DNA of 63,647 nucleotides, filler included, from Stramenopiles sp. TOSAG23-3 (lineage: Eukaryota): the NCBI GenBank assembly GCA_900128585.1. It is 17 parts of 17 records of this genome, joined end to end, with 100 filler letters (N's around TTAATTAATTAA, not from the genome) between each part and the next. Parts side by side here need not be neighbours in the genome. Positions count along the whole stretch, not along the records: positions 1 to 3,673 come from LT644129.1; positions 3,774 to 7,444 come from LT644130.1; positions 7,545 to 11,204 come from LT644131.1; positions 11,305 to 14,962 come from LT644132.1; 13 more parts are not named here. One strand, 5' to 3'. Positions 1 to 11,512 of the stretch are shown here, one piece after another. Position 1 is the first letter of the stretch; each line of letters opens with the position of its first letter. The notes under the pieces are model-generated. The model did not search any database, was not told the origin of the DNA, and saw nothing but the letters and a program-made list of their open reading frames with translations. The position numbers were made by a program, and so were the translations under genes.

Positions 1-545
1 ACTAACTACTAATAAAAAAAATAACGTTTACCAAATGCGGGTAAGCAAAGAAAAAAATAATAACGATTCTTCTTCTTCTTTGATCAGATGATAGATGTCA
101 TTTTTACTTTATGCTGTGATAATGACTAGTATGAAATAATAATAACGATTGCCATCAATCACGGTTTTATTATTATTCTATTAAAGTTAGCTATAATAGA
201 AGACGACTAAAAAAATGGTCGCTTATTTATTACATCACAGACACTGTGGCACAGCAGTAAGTATTATGAAAAAAATAATAAATAGTATAGTCTAAATAGA
301 ATTGAATTTGAAGTTTGAAGAAGAACGGCGATATAAAAATGTTGTTATAAAAAGTGCTACTTTTTTTTAGTACCTTCCTTCTAAGAAGTATGATTAATAA
401 GACGTACAGAAATATAGTAGATGTTACAATTCAGACTTTTTGCGGAGGACTGGTTATGATTTAAGTACTACGTTTGAAATTTGGTGAAATATTTGATGCA
501 AGATCGGCAAAAGAAAGTTCTCGGTCACGCGCAGAGTGTTACAGA

Positions 546-3500
546 ATGAGCGTTGGGAGTCAGCTAGGCCCGAAAGGCCCGGGAGCTACGGCTGTTCCAA
601 AGGTGCAGAATAATGAAATCGACCGCAAATTATACCGCGTGGTGTTCTTCGCATCTTTGCTGTTTATTCAAGTAATTTTTATAGTTCTGACGTTTATCAC
701 TAGAGATACGCTCTTTCTAAAGTCTTATGGGAAAGACAAGCTTCCGTTTGCCATTTTGAGTGTTTCGTTCATGTCTGTGCCGTTTCTTACCTTGTTTAGC
801 AAAATGTCGAACAAACACTCATTGAATTTGGTAGCGGCGTCTTCTTGCGCAATCATTTCGATATCGTACTTTTTGTTCTATCATATTTTGGAACATGCAG
901 CCTTATTTGACCAAAAAGTGGTAAAGTATACCGCTGCTTGTTTTTACGTCTGGTCTGACGTTGCAATAGGAATCATGCTGCAGCAATTTTGGGAAGCCGT
1001 GTCCTCGTCCTTCAAAATATCAGAGCGAAAGGTGTCAATAAATAGAATTAACTTTGGAAGCACTCTCGCAAGTTTGTTCATTGGTTTTTTCTTGATAAAG
1101 CAATTAGAGGCGTGGAACATCTCGACGGTCAAACTAATTTTGCTGCTGAGTGCACTAGCGTGCCTCATTATGGCAGCGTACATCGTGGCTCCCAGTCCGT
1201 CCACGGGACCGTCGAAAGTGGGAGCAAAGCCATCGGGCATTTCCGACAGCAACGCAGGAGACTCCTCTCCATCCGGATTTTCTATGGTTTTATCAAAACC
1301 GTACTATATTCACATGTGTCTTTTTGAAATTTTTGCAACCATTGGCAGAGTTTTCGCGGACGTTCAAATGCTGGCGTTGCTCTCTAAAGTGTCGGAGACA
1401 GAAATGAAGACCAATCTGGGGTACATCAACGGTTACCAGTCTTTGTTTATGCTCCCTTTGCAAGCCAGCACTGCATACATCAACCGGCATTTTGGTGTGT
1501 TGTATGGGGTAGCATTTCTTCCCTTGTCGTTAGCATTTTTTGGTGGGTTGACCGCCAGCGCTCCTAGTATGACTGTTTTAATTGTGTCGCGAAGTATGTA
1601 CAACGCCGTCATGTACACCGTCTTTAGCACGTCGCGGGAACTTCTGTGGCTACCCCTCACTGCCAACGAGAGGCGCAAAACCAAACCTGTCATAACGGGG
1701 ACCTTTCGCTCTGTTGCAAAGGCAGGAGCAGCGTTCCTTTCTATGGCATTGAAAGAGTTTCAAAATTCTCAGCAAATAGAACCAGTTGAAAAGCGCTCTT
1801 TTTTTGGCACAGTAGTCACGGAAGACAACTCAGTCATGAACTCCAACAACGACGCCAAGATACTGGGAATTTTTATCTTTCTATTGTCCATCGTTTTCTT
1901 GTTCGAAGTACTGCAGGCCAGGGTCTCGTATGCCACTGAATTTTACCATATGCTTGGAGGGCTGGACGGGACAAAAGGGAACAGCACGTCCGAAAATATA
2001 CGCCCAGATGTTCAATATTTGAACATGGCAGACCCGGTTTCGAAACGCATCATTAGAGAAACGCTAAGTTCGGGAACGCCAAGTCAGCGGGTATTCTTGC
2101 TGTCGGCATTACCATTGCACGTAGTGGTAGAGTTTAGGAAAGAGTTGAAGGCCTTGATTTGGGGAAAATCTGTGAGCCCCAGATCTTCAGTAGAATCAGA
2201 TCGACTCGCATCAATGACCAGGAGGGCAATACTGTCGGACAATGAAGAGGACACTGCACTTGGCGAAACGGACGTTTATGAGGATACCGGCCCTCGGGAT
2301 CTGTTCACTCCCATAAAAGCGTTGAGCCGCCAAAACAACGCGCATTCCACGCCCCAAAGGTACGGCCGTTCCGCGTCTGTATCTGTGAGTCCAGTCCAGA
2401 GAAGATCGTCGAAAAAAAAGCTGCTATCCATCGATGGGGTGGACGGGTTGACCGTCGACACGATGCTCCAGAGAAGGGAACCGTTCGGAAACGATGGGTT
2501 GGCAGTCGACCCAAAAATGAACACTGCAATTCGTTTGAAGGCTTTGGAGGTAGCTGGAAGGGCCTCTATGGTGTCTGTTAACGATTTATTGATGCTTATA
2601 TGTAACTCAAAGCTGGCTCGCCCAATCCGCCTCGCGGCTATAGGCATCTGCGGGAACAACAAGTCACTGAATGCTGTCAGTTGTACCCCATTGGTGCGCT
2701 ATCTAGAGAAGCTAGTCGGGGACATCAACCGGCCTCGTACACTTCGAGTCTCGGCGGCTATATGCCTGCTCAAAATTACTGATTGGATGCACGAGGCCTC
2801 TCACATTCTTCTGTACGAAATGCTTCACGCTTCAAACAAACGGCGAGATAAAAAAAGCCAAGTGGCAGCTTTGAGTTTAGTGGGGATCCATCTGAGTGAA
2901 ATGATATCGGACGGCTACCTCATTTTCATTCTGAATGGCGAAGAGGCGCAGAAGAGTATTCATTTGTTAACCGCCGCCATAAAGAGTTGCATGGGCGTAA
3001 GCGGACAGCGCCGTTCAAAAATTCTTGTTCCAAGTTTGGTAAAGAAGCTTGCCATCCCAGCCGTAGTCGATTTAACGTGTGATGCTCTTCTGCAGTTCAG
3101 CATAAAGGATACTTTCACGGTCGTTCAAAAATTGCTGGGCTCTGAGATTGAACAGCTTCAACATGGGGAAATAAAGAGTGATAAATTTTTTGTTGGCATT
3201 TCCAGGTTCTTTTTTCGGGTTTTGGCATTGAAAAACGTGGCTTCTGTCGTGAGCATTACGAAGGCACTGGTTGATACCATCAACAGGGCGATTCAGATTG
3301 GAAATAGCACGAAAGTGGTGGGGCAAAAGGAAAGTTCACTGACGTTAACCAAGGCCTTTGCTGAACTTCTTCGCCAGTCAGTTGATAAGGAATTAAAAGC
3401 TCACATGAGCTCTGAATTTGAAGGTCTGCTCCAGAGTGCGGCTGTTTGCGTGACGAACAAGCTGAAAGAGTTTCACGCCTTTTTATCCGATGTAAAGCAG

Positions 3501-3625
3501 TGGTCTGCAAAAATTGTTCTAGGAAATATCCGAATTCGAGAAGAAGTGCACTTTTTGCTGCAGCTTTGCGCTTTGAACCATTTTCCAAAGGGTGTGAGTA
3601 TTGACCTCTTGTTAGAAGGGGTGAG
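546..3625 (+). CDS. NTT/TLC (ATP:ADP antiporter family)-like MFS transporter with a long C-terminal helical, HEAT-like region; 3'-partial
   Basis: About 12 hydrophobic segments with family-like motifs TRDTLFLKSYGKDKLPF, FYVWSDVA...QQFW, RELLWLPL...ERRKTKP, followed by helical repeats (IRLAAIG, LRVSAAICL). First ATG at 546; the ORF runs into (AGAAG)n and the gap. Confidence 0.72.
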
Positions 3626-3673
3626 AAGAGAAGAGAAGAGAAGAGAAGAGAAGAGAAGAAAAGAGAAGAGAAG
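3624..3673. repeat. (AGAAG)n microsatellite at the contig end
   Basis: Directly visible pentamer run. Confidence 0.9.
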
Positions 3674-3773
3674 NNNNNNNNNNNNNNNNNNNNNNNNNNN
3701 NNNNNNNNNNNNNNNNNTTAATTAATTAANNNNNNNNNNNNNNNNNNNNNNNNNNNNNNNNNNNNNNNNNNNN
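3674..3773. other. Artificial contig spacer (first of 16)
   Basis: 44 N + TTAATTAATTAA (stops in all six frames) + 44 N, repeated identically about every 3.75 kb; contig lengths decrease monotonically. A separate 55-N scaffold gap lies at 23249-23303. Confidence 0.98.
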
Positions 3774-4215
3774 GTATAATTAAAAAATTAAAATTATCCC
3801 TCGGTTTTGTTCCTAAATGCCTGCAACAAATTTTTTGGAAAAGCCATTAAATTTTTTTTGATAGGACAATATTTGTTCGCAATGCTGTGTTCATGTTTTT
3901 CATTCCCATTTTTTAGACTTGATGAAAAAGAAGTGATGATGATGATGATGATTGTCGAATTAACGATGATTGTTTGATTTGTTTCACCATTATAACTATT
4001 TCTCGCTTTGTTAAAGCAACAAAATGTTAGCTGTTGTACATTTCAAGCTCGTAGAAAACAAAGACAGAAAAAATCAGTCCTTGCCTTTATTTAATTTACC
4101 ACACTGGTCCACATAGTAATTTCAGATTCATCCCAATCCCTAAGTTTTATTGTTCTCGATCCAACGACCAAAAACGCATCCACGCCCCTTCTACAAGAAC
4201 AAGACTTTAGCCATC

Positions 4216-5586
4216 ATGAGCGAACCTCTGTGTGATACGCTATACTTCTCAGATGATGAAGATTTGATACCAGTGCCTGCAAATGTGCTTTTAGACTCTC
4301 CTAATGTGCCACACTCCAAATTTCAGGCACCAAAGAAACGTTGTACATCATCAGCCCTTACTCCTGTGACGGAGAAAAAACAAAAAGTTGCAGCATCAGC
4401 GAAGGAAGAAAAAATTAACTTTGTTGTCGCCCATTGCCTGGTTTATCGAAAGGGGGCAAAGCCATACCATCCAGACGAGAAAAATACGTCAGCAGGGGAT
4501 TATTTTGGACATATTAATGCAGTTTGTGGATCAAAAGAAGCACTGAGAAAGACGAAAATGGCGGCAATAGAATGTGTGAAAGACAAGCAGCTTTCGCTTT
4601 TTTTCCAGCCTGCTTCGTCTTCACTGTACATAAAAGATGGCAAGGCCTTTAGAATTTTGAAGTGTGAGGACATTAAGTCGGGTAAAAAATTAATTTTGGC
4701 ATTTGGAAGTGACGGTAAAAAGCAGGGCTTGGTCCAATTCAAAACGCGGGTTGCAGAAGAAAAGAAGCTAAAAAATCTTTCGCGAAAAGTTATCATTTCA
4801 GTAAGACAAAACTGCATAACAGAAGAAAGAAAAAGTCTTCCTGGATTTCAAACCCTGACTTCAAGATCCTTTATAGCATGTGATTTATCTTTGGAAGCTT
4901 TGACTGATTTTATTAAAGTGGTGGTGCAAACAAATGAGGAGAATCCCTCGATTTTTGTCACGTCGAGTACAAAACAACTTCCGCTTCAAGAATTTAATCC
5001 CACCAGTGAGGCTGACATTGAATTGTTTGAGAAATTAGTTAAAACCTCGCCAAAAACAATTTTTCATGTTTGTTTTGGGGGCGGTGCAAAGAAAGAAACT
5101 TCCAGCGATGAAAAAATCGCTCGCATACGGACAACAGAAGAGACACTAGAAAGAATTTACTTCAACGAATCACACAGTTGGTTTCACGGATTTTCGACTG
5201 GGCATGTAAAAATGATGGTAACCTATTTTTCTCAAAAGAAAAACTTCGGGAAATTGAAAGAATTTGATAATGGAAAAGTCACGGATGTACCTTCAGTGTG
5301 GGGCATCGGACACTACAAGCACCTGAAATGTCCGAGGAAAGGGGAGTACAAACCTATTGATGGGAAAATTCCTCCGCCGAGCTCTGTGCAAGATGTAGCA
5401 GCACAGAAAGAGCAAACGGTTAGGGTTGTTGTTGAAAACCAGTCGTCGTCTTCAAAAGAAACTTTGATGGATTTGATTAAGCTTAACAATGCTTTGTATG
5501 CCGCCCATGCCGCAGGTCAAATTCCAGATGCCGTGTTTGAAATACAGAAACAAAATTTGACAAAGAAAATGAAGGAATGCAAATGA
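4216..5586 (+). CDS. Hypothetical protein convergent with the transposase; possible C-terminal SHOCT-like motif
   Basis: Open frame of about 456 aa from ATG 4216; C-terminus LIKLNNALYAAHAAGQIPDAVFEIQKQNL resembles the L..L..L...G.I...EF...K..L pattern. Confidence 0.65.
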   Translation: MSEPLCDTLYFSDDEDLIPVPANVLLDSPNVPHSKFQAPKKRCTSSALTPVTEKKQKVAASAKEEKINFVVAHCLVYRKGAKPYHPDEKNTSAGDYFGHINAVCGSKEALRKTKMAAIECVKDKQLSLFFQPASSSLYIKDGKAFRILKCEDIKSGKKLILAFGSDGKKQGLVQFKTRVAEEKKLKNLSRKVIISVRQNCITEERKSLPGFQTLTSRSFIACDLSLEALTDFIKVVVQTNEENPSIFVTSSTKQLPLQEFNPTSEADIELFEKLVKTSPKTIFHVCFGGGAKKETSSDEKIARIRTTEETLERIYFNESHSWFHGFSTGHVKMMVTYFSQKKNFGKLKEFDNGKVTDVPSVWGIGHYKHLKCPRKGEYKPIDGKIPPPSSVQDVAAQKEQTVRVVVENQSSSSKETLMDLIKLNNALYAAHAAGQIPDAVFEIQKQNLTKKMKECK

Positions 5587-5859
5587 ATGCAACTCCCATG
5601 GAAGTGATGACACTCTTCAAAGCCTGTCTTCATAATTACGTCTGTGCCCTTGTCTTGTGGGGAAACCATTCTTCCGCCGACAAAGTTTGCCACGTTGCGC
5701 ACTGGTAAAAGAATTTTTAATTTAGTTTCTAAAACTTTCTTTTATTCTTTCTGTTTTTAACAATGTATAAGAGATTGAATTTAAAAATGTTTTAATGAAT
5801 TAGGTTTTTTTTTTGTAATCATTTATCATTAGGATATTTAAATTAAAAAGAAGGATACT

Positions 5860-6942
5860 TTAACCATTTCTTAAAACTCTTGCAGCTTCCAGCACCTCGA
5901 CCAATGTCCTAGGTGCCAGTACATCGAATGTGCCTTTGTCTAGTAGCCCAACATGTGCGTATACGTTTCTAATAATTGTGCTGTCCAAGCATGTGCCTGA
6001 GGCCATGTAGTGTGCAGTTTGCTCATCAAAAACAAGGATCAGACGCCGCATGCTTGCCTTGTAAACCCGAAAGAAATACTCTATTGGGTTCAAGTCTGGA
6101 CTATAAGGGGCGGTCCAAACAACATGAACACCATATTCCGCGCACAAATTTTCAACTTGTTGTGGCGGGTGTACCGTCGCATTGTCGAGCACAATGACAC
6201 TGCGGTTTAAACCCGATACAAACGAATTGCAAACTGGCAACAAAAAATTTCGCAGATACTCTATAAAGATGTCCCCAGTAATATTCCCTTCTGCCTTTTC
6301 CATTGGCATCATGGCCTCCGGTATGAAGCCATTCATGTCTGCTGCTGCTATTAACGAAAATGTATGTGAGTCATGCCGCATGAAATACTCTAAAACTCGG
6401 GCATGGGATCCTTGCACTGCCCAACCAGTTTGCCGCTTCGATGTTTCTAGCTTTTTTTGCGTCTCATCTACAAAGACAAGTTGTTCAGGGGCATATCTGC
6501 TAATCTCTTGTAGATATTGCGCCCTTCGAATCTCACATCGCTCTCTGGCAACGCTCAAGAGTTTTCGGTGTGACAAATTCATCGAGTGTAGATACCTATT
6601 CAAGGTGCTGATTGATACAAATGGCAAGCCCATATCGTGCAGATGATTTTGAACCTCATCCAAGTACAACGTTGGATGTTCCAACACAAATCTGCGGAGA
6701 ACTCTGCATTCTTCCTCATCCATAACTTTCGACCCATAATTCAAATTCAAAAGTTTTCGATTGTGGGCTGGTGGGCAGTCCCACGTGAGGTACCACTGAA
6801 TCCAGTCTGAGAGTGTTCGACGTTTAATTTTATGCGGTGCACCATTTCTCCCATCACTGATAGCACGGATAGACAAGCCTGTTAAGAAAAAGTACTCTAT
6901 CATTTCCGACTGTATCGTTCCAGCGTCCAGGGTTCGCGGCAT
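5860..6942 (-). mobile_element. IS630/Tc1/mariner-superfamily transposase, DD34E type
   Basis: FVDET, VLDNATVH and PYSPDLNPIE, with 34 residues between the second D and E; HTH-like HPTLYLDEVQNHL...VSISTLNRYL; ATG (MPRTLD) at 6942. Confidence 0.93.
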
Positions 6943-7873
6943 GTTCGATACACTTTCGTCGCCAGTTCCTACTAATTTCAAAAATCGACACGTAGAAGAT
7001 AAAGTAGAAAATCCCAATCAACTGTAAGAAGTTTGAATCAAAAGAAGCGATCTAGATACGGTGTGAAAAATCCTGGTGTTAAAGTAGAGGTGTTCTCTGC
7101 AAACTTCTAATATGTTACTTTACAACTGGTGGGTTTTTATAAAATATGTGGTGTAATGCGCAGTAGATAATAATGTGTTTAGAAAAAAAGAAGAAGAAGA
7201 AAAAAAAAAAGGAAAAAAAATGAAGAGAAAGAAAGAAAAAAAAAGAAGAAGCTTCCAAAATATATAGTAACGGTGGTTTGTAAAATTAAGTATTTAAACG
7301 CTTAATGAAATTCTTTCAATTCTATGATTTGATGCTGTTATCGATAATAACCTATGCTGTGTTTATGTTCAAAATCAAGTAAAAATATTTTTACAAAAAA
7401 AACAAAAAGAAAAAAGTTGGCGGTATAGCGTGAATTCTACTGTANNNNNNNNNNNNNNNNNNNNNNNNNNNNNNNNNNNNNNNNNNNNTTAATTAATTAA
7501 NNNNNNNNNNNNNNNNNNNNNNNNNNNNNNNNNNNNNNNNNNNNCGCGTCTCAGTCCAGGAAGAAGAGGAAGTAATCTTTAGATCTCAACAATAAGATTT
7601 TTTAAATAAAATTTTTTAAAACATTTTTAAAGATAATATTATCATATCATATTTTTAATAATCCCAGATTTAACTCTCTCTGGTTAAAACACGGTGGGCA
7701 CACATGTTCGGAGCAACGATTTTCTCGGCTTCACTATTTGTGAAACAAAACACACACTCTAATCGACTCGGGCTAAATTTTGGCCCTTGTCAGAAACAAA
7801 AACGAGGGGAAACAAGGCAGGCTGCACTACATGGCCGCCATCGCGCGATGGGCAGAAGAATGCACCATTGAGC

Positions 7874-10489
7874 CTACTTCTTCTTCGCCGCCGCTGGGCC
7901 ACTCATGCTTGGCTTCCGTTCCCCTTTGATTTTCTTCAATGGCTCCACCTTGGCGTCCTCGGCCTCCCCCCCGGTCGCGCCGGTTTGGGAGCCCGTGGCG
8001 CCACCTTTCTTCCAGTCGTTGTAATGATCTAATGCTTCTGCCTTGTGGGAACGGGACTTGTCCACGTTGATCTTGACTAGTCCAGGATCCTTGTTGTGCA
8101 CTTCATCGACCATCTTGTCCACCAAGGTGTGCAGCGACGAGGTGTCGTTCCTATTCCACTTCTTCCACCAGCGCGGGGACTCGCCCGCGCCCGTCGCCGC
8201 GCCCGTCGCCGATCTAACCCCTTGCATCGCGTCGTCCACGATGGCCTGGATCTCCACTTTCTTCGCTTCGATCGCCTTCGCTTCCGTCTCGTTGCCGCTG
8301 GCCTTCACGAGCTGCATTTTCTTCTCCAATTCCCCGTCGGCGCTAGTCGCGTTCTCTTCCTGCTTCTCTACACTATCCTCGCTGCTGCTAATCTTCTTCA
8401 ACGCGTCGGCCATCTCTTTCGCCGCCTTCTTCTCCTCGGCTTGAAGCTCGGCCCGCATGTCCGCGATGTCCTTCTCGGGCTCCTTCTTCGCCAGCGCGTC
8501 CTCGATCCTATCCTTCAAGGCCTTGACGCCGTCGGCCAGGCCCTGGGTGGCGTTGGCCTCCTTCGACGTGTCTTTGTTGGCCGTGAGCTGTTTCCGGAGC
8601 TTGGCGATCTCCGCGGTGAGGGCGTCGGCGAAGTCCTTGTCGTCGCTGCGCTCCTTCAGCTTCTCGGAAAGGATTTCTAGTGCTTTCTCCCCCTTCGCGA
8701 CCGCCTTGGCGGCCATGGCCGCCTGGGCCTTCAGCTGCAGCTGCTGGGCCTCGACGGCCTTCTCCTTGGCGCTGGCCATCAGCGCGTCGGCAAGGCCGGT
8801 CTCGTTGCGTTCCCTGGCTGCCTCGGCCTCGCCCTGGAGCTTCTTGGAGGCGGCCATGGCCGCGGCGCCCTTCGCGGAAATGGAGGAGGACTCCTTCTCG
8901 TCCGCGGCGGCGATCTCCAGGGTCTTCTGCTTGCGGTCTAGCTTCTGGGCCAACGCGAGGTCGCCCCCTTTGCGGGCGGCCGCAAGGGCTTTCTTCAAGG
9001 TCTGGGCTTCGGCGGAGAGCTTGCCAGAGCTCGCCTCGACGGCGCCCTCGATGGCATCGGCCTGGGCCTGGGCGGCCTCCAGCTCTGCCCGGTCGAGCTC
9101 CTTGGACAGGGCCGCGTGCTTCGTGACGTTCCCCTGCTGGTTGGCCTGGTCGGCGAGCGCCCGGAGCTTCTCCACCGCGGCCATCTTGTCCCCGGCCTCC
9201 GCTTTCATCGCGGCGCCCTCCTCCTGGGCGATGCTATCGACGGAGTCGGCCTCCTTCGACTCTTCCTTCATCTTGTCGGCGACGATCCGCTTCTCGGTAG
9301 CCTCCTCCTTGAGCTTGGCCACGAGCTTCTCGTCCAGCTTGTCCTCGGCCTCGGCGGCCTTCTTTTCGGCCTCGGCGGCGGCCGCTTCGGCCTCCTCGAC
9401 GGCGGTGTCGGCGTTGGCCTTCGCCTCGGCGTTCGCAGCGCCCTCCGCCTTCTTGGCCTGGGCCTTCTTCACCTCCGCGGCAGCAATCATGGACGCGGCC
9501 TTCTTCTTGTCACCGGATGCGGCGGCCTCGTTGGCTTTCTTCAGCTCGGCCTTGGCCTCGTCCTGGTCCTTCAGGGCCTTCTCCTCCTTGGTGGCGGCGT
9601 CGGCGGCGGCGTCCTCGCTCCGCGCGGCGGCCGGGACCCCCTTGGCCTGGGCCTGCTTGGCGACCAGCTTCATGTCCTTGGCCTCCTTTTCCAGCTTGGC
9701 GGCCTTGCCGGCGTCGCCGGTGGCCTTAGCGACCTCCGCCTCCTCCTCGAGCTTGTCGCCGGCCTTCGCGGACGCGTCCCCTTTGGCCTGGTCGGCCGCG
9801 GCCCGGGAGGCCTTGGAGGCTATCTTGATCATCTTCAGGAACTTGGTCTTGGTCTTGGCAACCGGGTGCTTCGCGGACGGCATGAAGTGAATCGGGTAGC
9901 CGAGCGTCGAAGCGTCGGTCTTCTTGGCGTCCTGACTGCCGCTGCCCGACCCGGTGCCCCCGCTGAGGAGCGAGCTTTTCACGGGCGAGCTTTTCACGGG
10001 CGAGCTTTTATCAAAGTGCTTCGTTGGGTTCCTGGCCAGGTGGGTGGCCTCCTCCGCGTCTGGGAACAGGCCCACGAGCGACTTGATCTCGTGGGACAGG
10101 TCCTCGCACGGGCACTCCTCCATGCAGGAGTGCAGGCAGGCGACGTTGCCTTTGCACTGCGCCTCGCACTGCTTGGCGCATTTCGCGCTGATGGTGGACA
10201 GCGGGCACACGACGCACTCCCGGTGGCACCGTTGCATGCAGCTGTGCTTCTTGGCCGGGTTCTTGGTGAACCAACGGCATTTGTCCTTGCCCACGCAGCG
10301 GTTGAGGCACAACTGGTTGGAAATAATCACGGAGGACTTTCCGTCATCGTTTTCCCCCCCAGCCTTTGCCAACCCTGGGGCGTCCAAGGTCGCAATCCCC
10401 GCCTCGATCCGAACGGCCGAAGCCGAGGACGCCACCAAGGCAGTGAAGGCAATAACGGCAGCAGTGGTCGTAGCAGCTATGACTCTCAT
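7874..10489 (-). CDS. Secreted protein with a Cys-rich N-terminal domain and a long Ala/Glu/Lys coiled coil
   Basis: 871 aa; signal peptide MRVIAATTTAAVIAFTALVASSASA; CxxxC clusters; strong GC3 bias. Confidence 0.85.
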   Translation of the reverse strand: MRVIAATTTAAVIAFTALVASSASAVRIEAGIATLDAPGLAKAGGENDDGKSSVIISNQLCLNRCVGKDKCRWFTKNPAKKHSCMQRCHRECVVCPLSTISAKCAKQCEAQCKGNVACLHSCMEECPCEDLSHEIKSLVGLFPDAEEATHLARNPTKHFDKSSPVKSSPVKSSLLSGGTGSGSGSQDAKKTDASTLGYPIHFMPSAKHPVAKTKTKFLKMIKIASKASRAAADQAKGDASAKAGDKLEEEAEVAKATGDAGKAAKLEKEAKDMKLVAKQAQAKGVPAAARSEDAAADAATKEEKALKDQDEAKAELKKANEAAASGDKKKAASMIAAAEVKKAQAKKAEGAANAEAKANADTAVEEAEAAAAEAEKKAAEAEDKLDEKLVAKLKEEATEKRIVADKMKEESKEADSVDSIAQEEGAAMKAEAGDKMAAVEKLRALADQANQQGNVTKHAALSKELDRAELEAAQAQADAIEGAVEASSGKLSAEAQTLKKALAAARKGGDLALAQKLDRKQKTLEIAAADEKESSSISAKGAAAMAASKKLQGEAEAARERNETGLADALMASAKEKAVEAQQLQLKAQAAMAAKAVAKGEKALEILSEKLKERSDDKDFADALTAEIAKLRKQLTANKDTSKEANATQGLADGVKALKDRIEDALAKKEPEKDIADMRAELQAEEKKAAKEMADALKKISSSEDSVEKQEENATSADGELEKKMQLVKASGNETEAKAIEAKKVEIQAIVDDAMQGVRSATGAATGAGESPRWWKKWNRNDTSSLHTLVDKMVDEVHNKDPGLVKINVDKSRSHKAEALDHYNDWKKGGATGSQTGATGGEAEDAKVEPLKKIKGERKPSMSGPAAAKKK

Positions 10490-11304
10490 CGTTGATTAAC
10501 GAAGAAGGAAGGAACCTTTCTTTCTCTCAATCTCTCTAAGAACACACACAGAGAGAGACACACACAAACAACACAAACAAACAAACAAAATCACTACAAC
10601 CCAACGTTAACTATTTCTCGCGTCTCCTGTCTTTCTTTCTCTTTCTTTCCGTCCCTACAATTGTTTAAATTGTACGTAAATAACTCTTCCTTTTCTTTTT
10701 AATTTTAATAATTTAATCTACGTAATCCTATTGTAATCCAATGTATTTAATTCAATCCTTTCCTTATTCTAACAAATTGGAATTCTACTTTGATTCTATA
10801 TTTAAATAGGTTAATAATAAAGTATTAGTATACGTATTAAGTATAAATTAAATTTCTTACCATTCTTTTCTTTTCTTTTATCCTAAATAGGAATATATAT
10901 TCATTTAGTATATTAATAATTATACTTATTAATTATAATTATAAGATTACATCCTGGGACCTTCCCCCCCCCTTTTTCCAGAAAAAAAAAGAAAAAAGAA
11001 AGAAGGAAGGAATCCTCATTATTTTATACTTAATAGGTATACTAAACTGTATATTTTATATAGAATGATAGATAGTATAGGAAGAGTATTCTTAATGTGT
11101 TCTATAGGAGATAGAAGAAGGAAGGAAGAAAGAAAGAAAGAGTCGAAAGAAAGAAAGAGTCGAAAGAAAGAAAGAAAGAAAGAAAGAGTCGAAAGAAAGA
11201 AAGANNNNNNNNNNNNNNNNNNNNNNNNNNNNNNNNNNNNNNNNNNNNTTAATTAATTAANNNNNNNNNNNNNNNNNNNNNNNNNNNNNNNNNNNNNNNN
11301 NNNN

Positions 11305-11512
11305 GGTTTGGATCGTCCATGTTGACGGTGGTACCAGTGGCATCGGCGGCACCCGTGGACTCGGAAGTCCCGGTCGCGCCAGTAGTGCTAGCAGTACTGC
11401 TACCATCGGTGCGCTGTACAGCAGCCGGCTCGGTGCTAACAGTCCCAACAGTTCGCTGGCCTTTTGTGACAATCACAAGGATTGCAAGGTATACTAACAA
11501 AAGAACTCTCAT
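11305..11512 (-). CDS. N-terminus of a secreted Thr/Gly/Ala-rich protein (3'-partial)
   Basis: Signal peptide MRVLLLVYLAILVIVTKG, then STTGATGTSESTGAADATG, open to the contig edge. Confidence 0.7.

Noticed and set aside
3718-3729. Regularly spaced TTAATTAATTAA palindromes resembling an array or CRISPR repeat
   Set aside because: Embedded in N runs of fixed length; an artificial six-frame-stop linker.
4216-5586. Fanzor/TnpB candidate beside the Tc1 transposase
   Set aside because: No RuvC D-E-D motifs or CxxC...CxxC zinc ribbon recognised.
8043-10499. Long + strand ORFs (477 aa, 459 aa and others)
   Set aside because: Antisense shadows of a GC-rich, Ala/Lys/Glu-biased gene; the same applies to the shadows of IFT81, CEP131, ABC1 and the 19586 gene.
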